DNA of 64,000 bases from the human T2T-CHM13v2.0 reference genome, Homo sapiens. The number at the start of each line of letters is the position of its first letter. The first letter of the stretch is position 1. Below the pieces are notes generated by a model, which had not been told where the DNA came from, searched no databases, and saw only the letters and a list, made by a program, of their open reading frames with translations. The stretch lies in assembly GCF_009914755.1 (NCBI RefSeq), contig NC_060935.1; one strand, written 5' to 3'. Position numbers and translations under genes: made by a program. Of the stretch, positions 48,931 to 64,000 are shown piece by piece.

Positions 48931-49497
48931 TCACAGAAAGACTCTGTACTCAGCTCTGTACTACTGCTGTGTACTCAGCAATAGTATAGCCTCAGAGCCT
49001 TCCTTGGAGTATCTGTCAGTAACACTGACCCAACAGTCCTGTCAAATTGTGACCACCCTTCCAATCAAGTCATACTTTCAGATCCCACACTAGTTCTGGA
49101 ACTTAAGTGCATTTCTTAGTTGGTAACAATATACTGTAAGTTTACACTTTATTTAAGCTCCAGTGCTGATTTAAAAATCAGTATGTTAGGCCAGGCACGG
49201 TGGCTCATGCCTGGAATCCCAACACTTTAGGAGCCCAAGATGGGCAGATCACGAGGTCAGATCGAGACCACCCTGGTTAACACGGTGAAATCCCCTCTCT
49301 ACTAAAAAAAATACAAAAAATACAAAAAAATTAGCCGGCCATGGTGGCAGGCAGCTGTAGTCCCAGCTACTCAGGAGACTGAGGCAGGAGAATGGCGTGA
49401 ACCTGGGAGGCAGAGCTTGCAGTGAGCCGAGATCGTGCCACTGTACTCCAGCCTGGCTGACAGAGTGAGACTCTGTCTCCAAAAAAAAAAAAAATCA

Positions 49498-50380
<883 letters not shown>

Positions 50381-52508
50381 GTGTAGAGTATTCCTCCCGG
50401 CTCCCTCCAACATACACACGCTCACCGCAACAGCTGTAAGAACTAGGAAGCAGCTAGTTTTAGTGGGAGATAAGCCTGCCTTGGAAAATAGCTAAGGAGA
50501 AAGAGTTGGAAAAGAGGGCAAGAAAATATTTCTAGCTTCCCAGGGACACACATTTTGCAAATGTTATCCCATAATGTACAAAAGAAGCCATCACCTTTCT
50601 GAAAGCAACTTTTTCATATCTGCATAGCAGGCCTCATGCAAGAAGGTTAAAAAGATAGCCACGGAGCACACCCATTCAGTAGTTAGCCCATACCTGTAGC
50701 TTTACACTTCCCTCTCTGGACTATGTCTTCACTCTAAAAAACCAAGGAAAGAAAAATAAGTGGGCCATGCCTAGACGTCTCTCATGACTCCAGATATATC
50801 ACCTCTTTCCAAAGAAAAGCCCCTCTGTCACCATGGCAGAAGATAAAAATACAGAAGTACTCCTCCTGCGCCCTTTTTACTCAATGCCTTAAAGATAAGT
50901 TGCATTTAATATCTCAAGGCTAATTTTAAAACACCATCAACTTAAACGATGGGGGAAGTAAAATACTAAAAGGTTTAAAAGAGTCTTGCCCTAAAATGTC
51001 GTAACAAATAGCAAAACAATGACTAAAATTTATGAGGTTGAATTTCAGTACATCTAGGTCACCAAAACAATCATTTTTAACATCTGCTTTTGGATTGGAG
51101 ACTAAGAAAAGCTAATGGCTGTATAATTCTTTTAGCAATTAAGGATCGTGTTATTCATGTGGAGAGACCACACTATTTCCCCAAAGCAACCTTCCTGAAT
51201 ACATAGGTGCCGGGCATGAAACTCTACAAAAGCAACCACGTTCCTGCCACTGTAAATGCATCTTGGTGGCCCTAGGGTGGCGGTGAACCACTGAAACAAA
51301 AAAAAAAATCAGAAGATGGGGAAGTTAATTGATGGTAAAAGCAAACAGAGGAACCACAAAACCAATTTGTTTTATTTTTAAGCATATCGAACAATCTTGC
51401 AAGTAAAGACTGATTCTATAAAACTGCCCAAATTCCTACAAACTTCCAAATACAACTCCTGCCAGCTGTATTTCTGTCTGGCTTTCACTACAGACAATAA
51501 ACTATTCAAATTCACCAAGGACAATGTCTAAACTGGAAAGTACAAGAATTCTGAAAGACAAAGCCAGACCCAGAACTAACTAGTAAGACACTGCCTATCC
51601 TCCCTGAAGACAGAGAGATTTCTTAACTGGCATAAAATAGGTGCTCAAGTATTAACTTTTCATGCAGATTTAATTAGTTTCCAATTTTGCTAATAAAGTA
51701 GTGATAGTTCCAGTAATTTTAAGGGCAAAGTTTAAACTAATTAAAAAAAAAAACAGAACTTCCTAAAAGCATTTACTTGCACCTGCCTCTACCATCAAAA
51801 GTTACCAAGAAGAAAGGAACTTCCATTTACTAAGTTCACAAACTTCATTCAATCCTTTATCATTATGACCATTTAAGGTGAGGACTACCCTAAGGATTCA
51901 GATGCTAAGGAAGATAACCTGCCCGTGGCTTCTTGGTAGGTCTGTCTCTCTAGAGAAATGTGACCATAATTTAGGAGATATCAACTTTTACTGAGATAGT
52001 GTGTCCTGAGAAGGCTCTGTAATGATTATCACAGATGGTAGACAGCAAGTTAAATTTCTACCTGTTAAGAGTTCTTCTGGAAGATGTAAAAGTCAAAGAA
52101 AAGGCCAGGGAACCACATTTCCCTCCAAATTTTATGTGGAACACAGTTTGAAAAACAGTGTTATTATGTGATTGGTTTTTCATAGGCATCACTTCCACCC
52201 TCTGAGACGAGACTCAGACTGCAAGCTAGTCAGGGAATCTCCAAGATAAAGAGAGCAAAAGGGAGATCTGGAGTTGTTAAGAAAGACCAATACACAAAAG
52301 GGTAAGGGACAGGTATCTTAAGTCCTGGAGAACATAGCAGCCCTCAGGGGGCTAGGAACATTTTAACTGCCAGGCCAAGAGAAAGAAAAAAAAATGAATT
52401 TCTTTAAAAAAAAAAAAAACCCAAAAGAACAAAAAAACAAAAAACCTCCACATAAACAGGGTATCATCCTACTCCTAAGCCACCAAGACTTTTTAAAGGA
52501 AACCTCAA

Positions 52509-52531
52509 ACACACACACACACACACACACA
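52509..52531 (+). repeat. (CA)~11 microsatellite, i.e. (UG)n in CELF1 pre-mRNA
   Basis: Direct read. Confidence 0.9.
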
Positions 52532-52622
52532 TAAATAAACAACACTGTAATCTTCCACACAGGATTCTGTCACCTGGAGAAGGGCAAATGAATAGTCCAA
52601 TACACAAAAAAGGCTGTTTTGA

Positions 52623-52730
<108 letters not shown>

Positions 52731-53411
52731 TAGCTGGGATTACAGGCATGCGCCACCATGCCCAGCTAATTTTGTGTTTTTAGTAGAGATGGGGTTTCAC
52801 CATGTTGGTCAGGCTAGTCTCGAACTCCTGACCTCAGGGGATCCGCCCACCTCCGCCTCCCAATGTGCTGGGATTATAGGGGGTGAGCCACCGTGCCCGG
52901 CCTCAAAAAAGTTATATTTTTTTAAAGCTTTGTCTTCCCAGTTTTGCTTTTCCTATGTTATTTTATTGCCTATTCTGTGAGAAAACTGAAACGCTTTGGT
53001 GAGAGAGAAGAGCTGAATGGAAACTAAAAGCTTTGACTGTTTTACATCTTTCCTTTCATTTCTGTGGGGAACCAAAGGGCACATGCTCTGTGAGAAAGCC
53101 TGAACTGTTTGTACTGTATTTCCTTGGAACTCCACGGATGTCTGTTTCTATTAACATTATCTCTACCTTTCTCTATCACAATGCAAGAACCAGGAAGTAC
53201 ACAGGTGGTTCTAAAGAGGAGTAAAAAAGCTAAGAGGGGGGCTGGGTGTGACGGTATACACCTGTAGTCCTAGCAACTTGGAAGGATAAGGCAGGAGCAC
53301 TGTTTGAGCCCGGAAGTTTGAGGCTGTAGTGAGCTATGCTGGCACCACTGCACTCCAGCTTAGGCCACACAGTGAGACCTTGTCTCCCCACCCCACTCCA
53401 AAATAAGGCTA

Positions 53412-53501
<90 letters not shown>

Positions 53502-53504
53502 TCA

Positions 53505-53978
<474 letters not shown>

Positions 53979-54321
53979 CTACCTGCGATAAATGTTTAAA
54001 GACATTTAAAATACAACCTCATAAGAAGTTTTTTAACTTCACTGACAGAAAAGGCTCTCAGATCCTCTAAAAGCCTTTCTTAGAATAGGCAAGGTAATAA
54101 GCTCTTTATTCTTAGTGTTTTCTACTGGCCTATACAGCTTGTATGCTGAGTAAATGACAAAATATGGTCTTTCCCAGGATGACTGGCACTGACTCAGTCA
54201 CCATCAGCAGCTCTTACATAGCACGTGCTAGATCACAAAGTCCAGAGACAAGGGCCTGTGGCACGATGATGTTCAATAACATACATCAGTCCTAAACCCA
54301 TGAACTTGGCCTCATTAGTAA

Positions 54322-54453
<132 letters not shown>

Positions 54454-55454
54454 TGAACTACAGGTGTGCACCACCACGCCCGGCTAATTTTTGTATTTTT
54501 TGTAGAGAAGGGGTTTTGCCATGTTGCCCAGGCTGGTCTTGAACTCCTGGGCTCAAGCGATCCACCCCCTCTTGGCCTCACAAAGTGCTGGGATTACAGG
54601 TGCAAGCCCCCGCATCTGGCCAACTCACTCTTAACTAACAACTGTTAGTAAGCAACCTTAAAATTCCTTGAAAAACTTCCTTGATATAAGACAGGGAGCT
54701 AATAAAGAATTTAGCCAGGAAGAAAAAGAATTTAGCTGGGTACAGTGGCTCATACCTATAATCCCAACACTCTGGGAAGCTCAAGTGAGAGGACTGCATG
54801 AGCCCACAAGTTTGAGACCAGCCTGGGCAACATCATGAAACCCTGTTGCTACCCAAAAAGAAAAAAAAAAATTAGATGGGTGTGGTGACATGTGTCTGTA
54901 GTCCCAGCTACTTGGAAGGCTGAGGTGGGAGGATTGCTTGAGCCCAGAGGTCGAGGCTGCAGTGAGCTGTGATGGCACCACTGCACTCCAGCCTAGGCAA
55001 CAGAGCAAGATCGTCTCAAAAACCAAAACAAAAAAATAATCTAACTACTATCCAGATTAGAGGTTTTTAAACGATCTTAAAAGCAGAACTGTTTTTCTCC
55101 TAAACATGAAAGTCAGGCTGTTCAGGTCAAAGATAGAGGAGGGAGAGGCAGGCCCCAACTGTCAGTCTCTCTTGGCCCTCAGGATAACCTCTTGGGAAAT
55201 ATGAGGTAATCTCTTGGGAAATATGAGAACTAGATGAAATAATTCAAACAATAGATAATTCATCAATATTATATCTGGCTTTGACATAAATGGTTTTTTG
55301 AACAATAAATTTTTCTATCTTTAGAATCAATGTATTTAACATACCATCAGTGCTAATAAATGTGCATCTTCAAATTGATGGAATATGGCATTTAAAGTTT
55401 GTAAACCCTTATCACCTAAAAGTAAAGAGAAATGTCTAGACATTTGTAAAGTGG

Positions 55455-55610
55455 CAATAAGTACGAGCTAACATTTTTTGAGCATTTACCATACACTATG
55501 ACCTGTTTTGGGTGCTTTACATTTAATCCTCATACGTACGCTATCTCCATTTTGCAGATGAGAAAAGATACAGAGATGAAATGACTCCCTCAAGATCACA
55601 GAGATCCGGG
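55455..55610 (-). mobile_element. MIR-like SINE
   Basis: gagcatttac...gtgctttacatttaatcctca...tccattttgcagatgagaaa. Confidence 0.65.
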
Positions 55611-55991
55611 CTAAGAAGGCTGCTTCAGGTTAAAAATTGTCTCCAAGGAAGCTCATGCACATAACCCACAGAAAGTCTGTTTAAATGCTAAGGGCCATAA
55701 AGTTGAGTCTGACTTTTTTTTTGAGACAGAGTCTCTCTCTCTTTTCCAGGCTGAAGTGAAGTGGCATGATCTCGACTCACTGCAACCTCTGCCTCCCGGG
55801 TTCAAGTGCTTCTTGTGCCTCAGCCTCCCAAGCAGCTAGGACTACAGGCACAAGCCATCATGCCCAGCTAATGTTTTGTATTTTCAGCAGAAACAGGGTT
55901 TCCCCATGTTGCCAAAGCTGGTCTTGAACTCCTGAGTTTAGGCAATCCACCCTCCTTGGCCTCCCAGAGTAAGCTAGGATTACAGGAGTGA

Positions 55992-56132
<141 letters not shown>

Positions 56133-57276
56133 TGAGTAGCTGGGACTACAGGCACTGGCCACCAAGCCTGGCTAATTTTTTTGTATTTTTAGTAGAGACA
56201 GGTTTTCACTGTATTAGCCAGGATAGTCCTGATCTCCTGACCTCATGATCCACCCGCCTTGGCCTCCCAAAGTGCTGGAATTACAGGCATGAGCCACCGT
56301 GCCCAGAATTTTTTTTTTTTTTTTTTTTTAGAGATGAGGGATCACTCTGCCCAGCTAATTTTTTTTGTATTTTTAGTAGAGACAGAGTCTGGCCATGTTA
56401 GCCAGGGTGGTCTCGAACTCCTGACCTCAAATGATCTGCCTGCCTCAGCCTCCCGAAATGTTGGGATTACAGATGTGAGCCTCCGCACCCTGCCCAAACT
56501 TTTAACTGGAAAAGAGAAAAAAGACAAATAATAGAAATAACTTGGGAAAAGTATATTCTCTTTAAAGTATTACTTTTTGGTCAGCTTGCAATGCCCTTTA
56601 CTTCTTTCTTCCTGTTACATGCCTAGCTCAATAAGTAAGTTAGGCCCCCTGCTTTGGAAAACTCCATGTTCACCTACTCTCATGCTCCAGAGAGCCAAGT
56701 AAACAGATAAAAGGATCAAGCGGGAAGCAGACCTCTCAGGAGCTGGAGGCCTGTAAGCCCAACAATGCTTTAGGCTAAACAGACTAAACTTTATGCTAAA
56801 CCGTGTGAAAATGGACAAGTGAGATTTCCTGAAAACAAAATCCACAGCTTTCATCAGATTCTATAAGGGGTTCACAACCATTCTTAGAATGGTCCCCTCT
56901 TGGACTTCCAATCCCTAGAGGATGGGACTAGATTAATCTAGACTAACACTAGGTCATCTAAAACTATAATTGTATTTTCTCTAAACAAGTTTTTAAACAG
57001 CTATCTAGTTTAGTCCACATCACATACAATTCACCTCATTTAAAATGTTGTTAGTGATTTTAATCTCATTTCAAAATGTTGTTAGTGAACTATGTTTCAA
57101 CTTTCTCATTTATATTCATATCCACAGAACACCTGAATAAAAGTAACACATATCAGACCTTCAATTGTTGAACTTAATTCCCCAGTTTATCTGGTGTAAT
57201 TTGTAAAGTTTCTATGAACTTTCCTGAATTGAGACATACTTGCACTTCCTAGTTTTTTGGGGGTTTTCCCCCCTGA

Positions 57277-57515
<239 letters not shown>

Positions 57516-57692
57516 TAGCCAGGATGGTCTCGATCTCCTGACCTCGTGATCCGCCCACCTCGGCCTCCCAAAGTGCTAGGATTACAGGCGTGAGCCACTG
57601 CGCCCGGCCACCCTCTTTTTTTTTTTTTAAACAAAATATTTCATAAGTATTCCTTCCTGTTTTAATTTTTCCATTTCCCCAACTTTAATTAA

Positions 57693-58008
<316 letters not shown>

Positions 58009-58417
58009 TGACCTCAAGTGATGGGCTCACCTTGGCCTCCCAAAGTACTGGGATTACAGGCATGAGCCACCATGTCTGGCCTCAAATACACAGAATTTTC
58101 AAATTCAATATTATACTAAGTATAATACTGCACAACCTACTTTTTTGCACCTAACAATGATAAACATTTTCTCGTAAGCAGCCATTATTAAAGGATCAGA
58201 GCCACAAATGGCCTAAAGCTTGACTCTGCCAATAGCATCCTTGCATATTCACAACCAATAAATAGAACTACCTCCCTAATCTAGCTCACCTCCCATTTAG
58301 TTATATGATCTTTCCATGAGTATATAAGCACCTAAACCAGAGGTCGTCTCACCTGAGAGACACCCTATTTTAGAGGCACTCAGATGAGGCAAACAGAGCA
58401 TGCAAAAAACATTTTTA

Positions 58418-58729
<312 letters not shown>

Positions 58730-60410
58730 TTAAAAAATCTCTTTTCCTATTTCCTCCCCAAATGCCCACACACTGGGTGTAACTCTCAAATCCCCCGTAT
58801 TTCCTCTCTGCTCCCCAAACAGCTTCCTACTGTGGTGAGAGCTGGGAGGTGGGAGGAGGAATCTAATTCTTTCTATAGTTCCTGTTTCTTTACCATGGCA
58901 GTACTGTCAACAATGGACAACAAATTGCTGGATGCAGCAGTAGCAATTTACATATGGTAGCTAAGCTAATGCACAGCTTTCTCTGGGCAGAATTACTAAC
59001 GCTTCTACCTATCATTGCAGTTTGAACCCAATGTTCCAGGCACACCAGTGTTAAGTATTTGCCTGGTGGCTTCTACCTTCAAAGGCACAGGGAATGATAC
59101 ACAGAAGTAATACACAGAAGTGAGGGAGGTGGAGGGAGTGGGAGCTCTGAACCCACCGAGGGAGGGTGCTCGCTCCAAGGACTGTGACACCAGACAAAGT
59201 ACCTAATTCAAACCCAAAGGCTCAGTCATTCAACCTTTCCATAATATTCATGATCACTTGCTCAAATCTGGCATGTTCTAAGACCACAGTTCCTTCTTAG
59301 TTTCACTGCCCTGCCATGAGGCCAAATCTGTCTTATCTAGTGAGTCACTACTGCTCCTCTTTCCAACTGCATTTTGATTTCAGCCCACTTGTGCAGCTCA
59401 TCAGGGCTGCACCATATGTTAGTACCATGTAGGCAGAATGTGACTAATTTTTTTCTCAAGCCCTGTCAGAGCGACTTTTAAAATCACCTTATAATCTTGA
59501 TGTCTCTTGCGGAGTCATTATAACACATAACCTTTGGAAAGGACTATAATTATTTTTCTGAGTGCTCAAAGGAGATTCTTCAGCATTTTCATTCCCATTT
59601 TTCAGATGAAGGAACTAAAGGGAAGATAAGGGATTAAGAGACCTGGGTTCCACAACCAACCACTGGGACTTGGACTTTCTTGAGTCACAGTGCTGTATTT
59701 GGTAAAATAAGGCAGCTTGTAAAATGCCTTTTATTGGGAAACTCAAAATATTACTTTGCCTCTCTTTATTATTTACTTATTTATTTTTTTTTAGATAGAG
59801 TCTTGCTCTGTCACCCAGGCTAGAGGGTAGTGGTGCAATCTTGGCTCCCTGCAACCTCTGCCTCCCGGGTTCAACATGGTGAAACCCTATCTCTACTAAA
59901 AATACAAAAATTAGCTGGGCATGGTGGCAGGCGCCTGTAATCCCAGCTACTTGGGAGGCTACGGCAGGAAGAATTGCTTGAACCCAGGAGGTGAACTGAA
60001 ATCATGTCACTGCACTCCAGCCTGGGTGACAGAGCAAGACTCTGTCTCAAAATAAAAAATAAAAATAAAAAGAGAGAGAGAAAAGGACTGAATGGCCCAT
60101 GGACCACAAATGTTTTTTGAATTGGTCAAGATCATAATAAGTGAGTGAAAGTAATGCTCTAATACACTGAAAGTAAAATAGAGATGACTTGCAGATTTAG
60201 CTAGTATCACCAAATTCCCCCGAATTTAGTTTAAAAGGAAGGCGAGCAGCTGCTTCCACCTCCTCTAGGCAACCTGCCTCTTCTCCAACAATAATAGCAA
60301 TAATGGTTGCTACAGCTGATAATTAAGCTCATCTCAAGAGGGTTTCTTAAATCTTCCGGGTATTGCAGATCCTATGTTTATTCTAGCAACTCTTTAGGGT
60401 AATTGCTTGA

Positions 60411-60808
<398 letters not shown>

Positions 60809-61406
60809 TAGTATCTCATCAATATTGAAAACTGAGCTGAGCACAGTGGCTCACACTTATAATCTCAGCACTTTGGGAGGACTGCTTGAGCCCACAAGTT
60901 CCAGACCAGCCCAGGCAATATAGTGAGACTTATCTCTACAAAAAAATTCAAAAATTAGCTGGGTGTGGTGGCACGTGCCTGTAGTCCCAGTTACTTGGGA
61001 AGCTGAGGCAGGAGAATCACTTGAGCCCAGGAGGTCGGGCTGCAGTGAACTGTGATCATGCCACTGCACTCCAGCCTGGACAACTGAGAGAGAGCCTGTC
61101 TAAAAAAACAAACAGAGAAAAAAAAAAAAAAAAAAGACATGCCCTTTGAATTCAGCAATCCCAGTTCTAGAAATATAGTTTACAAATAATCTTGTATCTG
61201 ATGTATACAAAGTATGCAAAGGGGCATTCATAAGAACATTGTTTACATCAGCAAAACCTGAAAACATATGCCCATTAATTGAAGGCTATTAAATACAGTA
61301 TAACCATACAACAGAACACTATGTAGCTATTAAAGAAAATAAGGCAGCTAACTGATCAAGACGTATTCATATAATAAGAAAGGAATTACACATGGCTTGT
61401 ATATGA

Positions 61407-61746
<340 letters not shown>

Positions 61747-63335
61747 TGATCGACCTGAAGTGCTAGGATTACAGGCACGAGCCACTGTGCCCGGCCTACT
61801 GAAAATTTTTTTAAAGAAAACTTGAGCTTTTGGAGCATGGCAACCTAGCCTGCAGACACCGTATCCCCTTGTCCACTTCCCCCTGCAACCCATAAGTCCA
61901 TTCCTACCACTTAAAAAAAGGAAAACTCGTGGAACTATAAAGCACAAAGTAAAGAAAAACCTCAACTCATACTCTTTTCCAAAACAGCATTTTGGTTTTG
62001 TATTTTTTTCCTGCTTTGCCTGAAACTTCTGTGTGGAAACTGCCATTGTCCAGGTGATCCAGCAGTATATCATAATTACATCACACCATTTTAAATGACC
62101 CCAGCAACTCAAATAACGTTCATGCAGCTGGGACCTCATCATGTATGGCCTATTTACAAAGTCTGAAGCTATTTCAATCACTCAGCTGTATAGCTATACA
62201 TTTTCTTCAATCAACCTTTCCTGCCAAGGCAAAGTGCAACATTAGCTGGATTCCAGTAAAGAAGGCAAGGGACAGGGTGAGATAATATGTCAAAACAAGT
62301 TCTATAAATACAGCTTTTGGCTTGTATCTCAAAAAGGAATCAAAAGAGCTTCAAGTTTAAACAGAAAAACCCTACAGTCCCTGCAGTATCTTACTTGAAG
62401 GCTCTAGAGAACAGAAGACACCAGGGAACTGGAATCTTATTTCTCACACTGTAATATCTTGTCTCTCTCTCCCTTATCTCAGGGGCAGGTTTAGATGCAA
62501 TTGCAAGCTTTATCATTCCAACTCTGCATCTCCCCTGCCTCTTTTCTTATCTTACCACCTCTACCCTACCAAACACATCAATTTCCTTCCTCTCTGTGAG
62601 GCTGCTCCACCTCTTAGGCAGACAGGCCCAATACACACAACATACAACAGTCTTTCCTTAGCACTAGCCACCTAACTTCTATCATCTCCAAAATCCTTGA
62701 CCAAGCAGCCAAGAACCCTGCCTTTACCATCTGCCCCAACCTCACCATCAAACACACGGGCACTCATGCGGGATGCTTCCATATGGTCTTGTTTCAGGAG
62801 CTTTGCCCTGTTCTGTTGAAAAGCAGGAAACTTTATTTTCTTTCTGTTCTTAAATTCTTAATTCTATAAAACTAGAGAAACCAGAAACTACTTCTGTAGA
62901 GACACTTCCTGAGACAGTTAGGTTATAGGCCAGAAAATGCAAATTTTGTACCTCTGCTTCAGCCAATCAGGGAACATGTTCAGCAAAGCTTGATTCACCC
63001 TAAAGGACGCACAGCCCTAAGACAAATTCTATTCTATTCTATTATCACTTTTTAAAAAAAGTTACTTTGGCTGGCCTGTAATCCCAGCATTTTGGGAGGC
63101 CGAGGCAGGTGGATCACTTGAGGTCAGAGTTCGAGACCAGCCTGGCCAACGGGGTGAAACCCCATCTCTACTACAAATACAAACAAATTAGCCCGGCGTG
63201 GAGGCAGGAACCTGTAATCCCAGTTACTTGGGAGGCTGGGGCAGAAGAATCACTTGAACAGGGAGGCACAGGTTGCAGTGAGCTGAGATCACACCACTGC
63301 ACTCCAGCCTGTGTGACAGAGCGAGACTCCATCTC

Positions 63336-63336
<1 letters not shown>

Positions 63337-63382
<46 letters not shown>
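63337..63382 (+). repeat. (TAAA)~11 Alu-tail microsatellite
   Basis: Direct read. Confidence 0.9.
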
Positions 63383-63556
63383 GGTACTTCAATTATCATG
63401 CTTTCATCACTCTGCAATTGTGCTCCTAAAGGTGCTTCTCGCCGGGCGTGGTGGCTCACGCCTATAATCCCAGCACTTGCACTTTGGGAGGCCAAGGCGG
63501 GTGGATCACAAGGTCAGGAGATCGAGACCATCCTGGCTAACACGGTGAAACCCCTA

Positions 63557-63742
<186 letters not shown>

Positions 63743-64000
63743 TCACATTTAAATACCCACTTAAATCATCTGTCACATCCTTCAAATCACTCCTAAAAAA
63801 ACTCAACTGTTCCACAAAATTTAACTTGTCAGTGCTTTGATTTCATTTTTACAAAAACAAGCTCTTAAAAAAAAAAAGCCAGGAGATCTATCAATCAAAA
63901 AAGCAACTACATTTTTAGAAAACATCTACTATATACCCAGAACTAAAGAGGATACCAAAAAAAAAGGCACAATCCCTGTCCTTAAGGAGTTAATGGTCTT

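Overview
Human (primate) genomic DNA, very Alu-rich, carrying most of CELF1 (CUGBP1; 3-RRM RNA-binding protein; chr11p11.2 from prior knowledge) on the minus strand. I reconstructed 13 coding exons with canonical GT-AG ends. They join in frame to 1542 nt: 513 aa from the upstream ATG at 43360, or the classic 486-aa form from the ATG at 32851, ending at TGA 16081-16083. Also present are a 72-nt non-coding 5'UTR exon (44698-44769) and a ~6.3-kb repeat-free 3'UTR with an internal 3.3-kb intron and proximal/distal poly(A) signals. The promoter and first exon lie beyond position 64000. Positions 1-9.7 kb are downstream intergenic DNA dominated by Alus. No prokaryote-type system, RNA gene or second protein gene is supported; most entries in the ORF track are Alu artefacts. 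The most interesting unexplained structure is a set of latent splice signals: a tandem duplicate of an exon/intron junction that creates a stronger PTC-introducing 5' splice site, a candidate 21-nt microexon/268-nt poison exon behind long AG-free tracts, in-frame alternative splice sites, and candidate 5' exons. Together these could form an AS-NMD/autoregulatory layer. These are sequence-based hypotheses and I cannot tell whether they are already annotated. Repeat coordinates are approximate.
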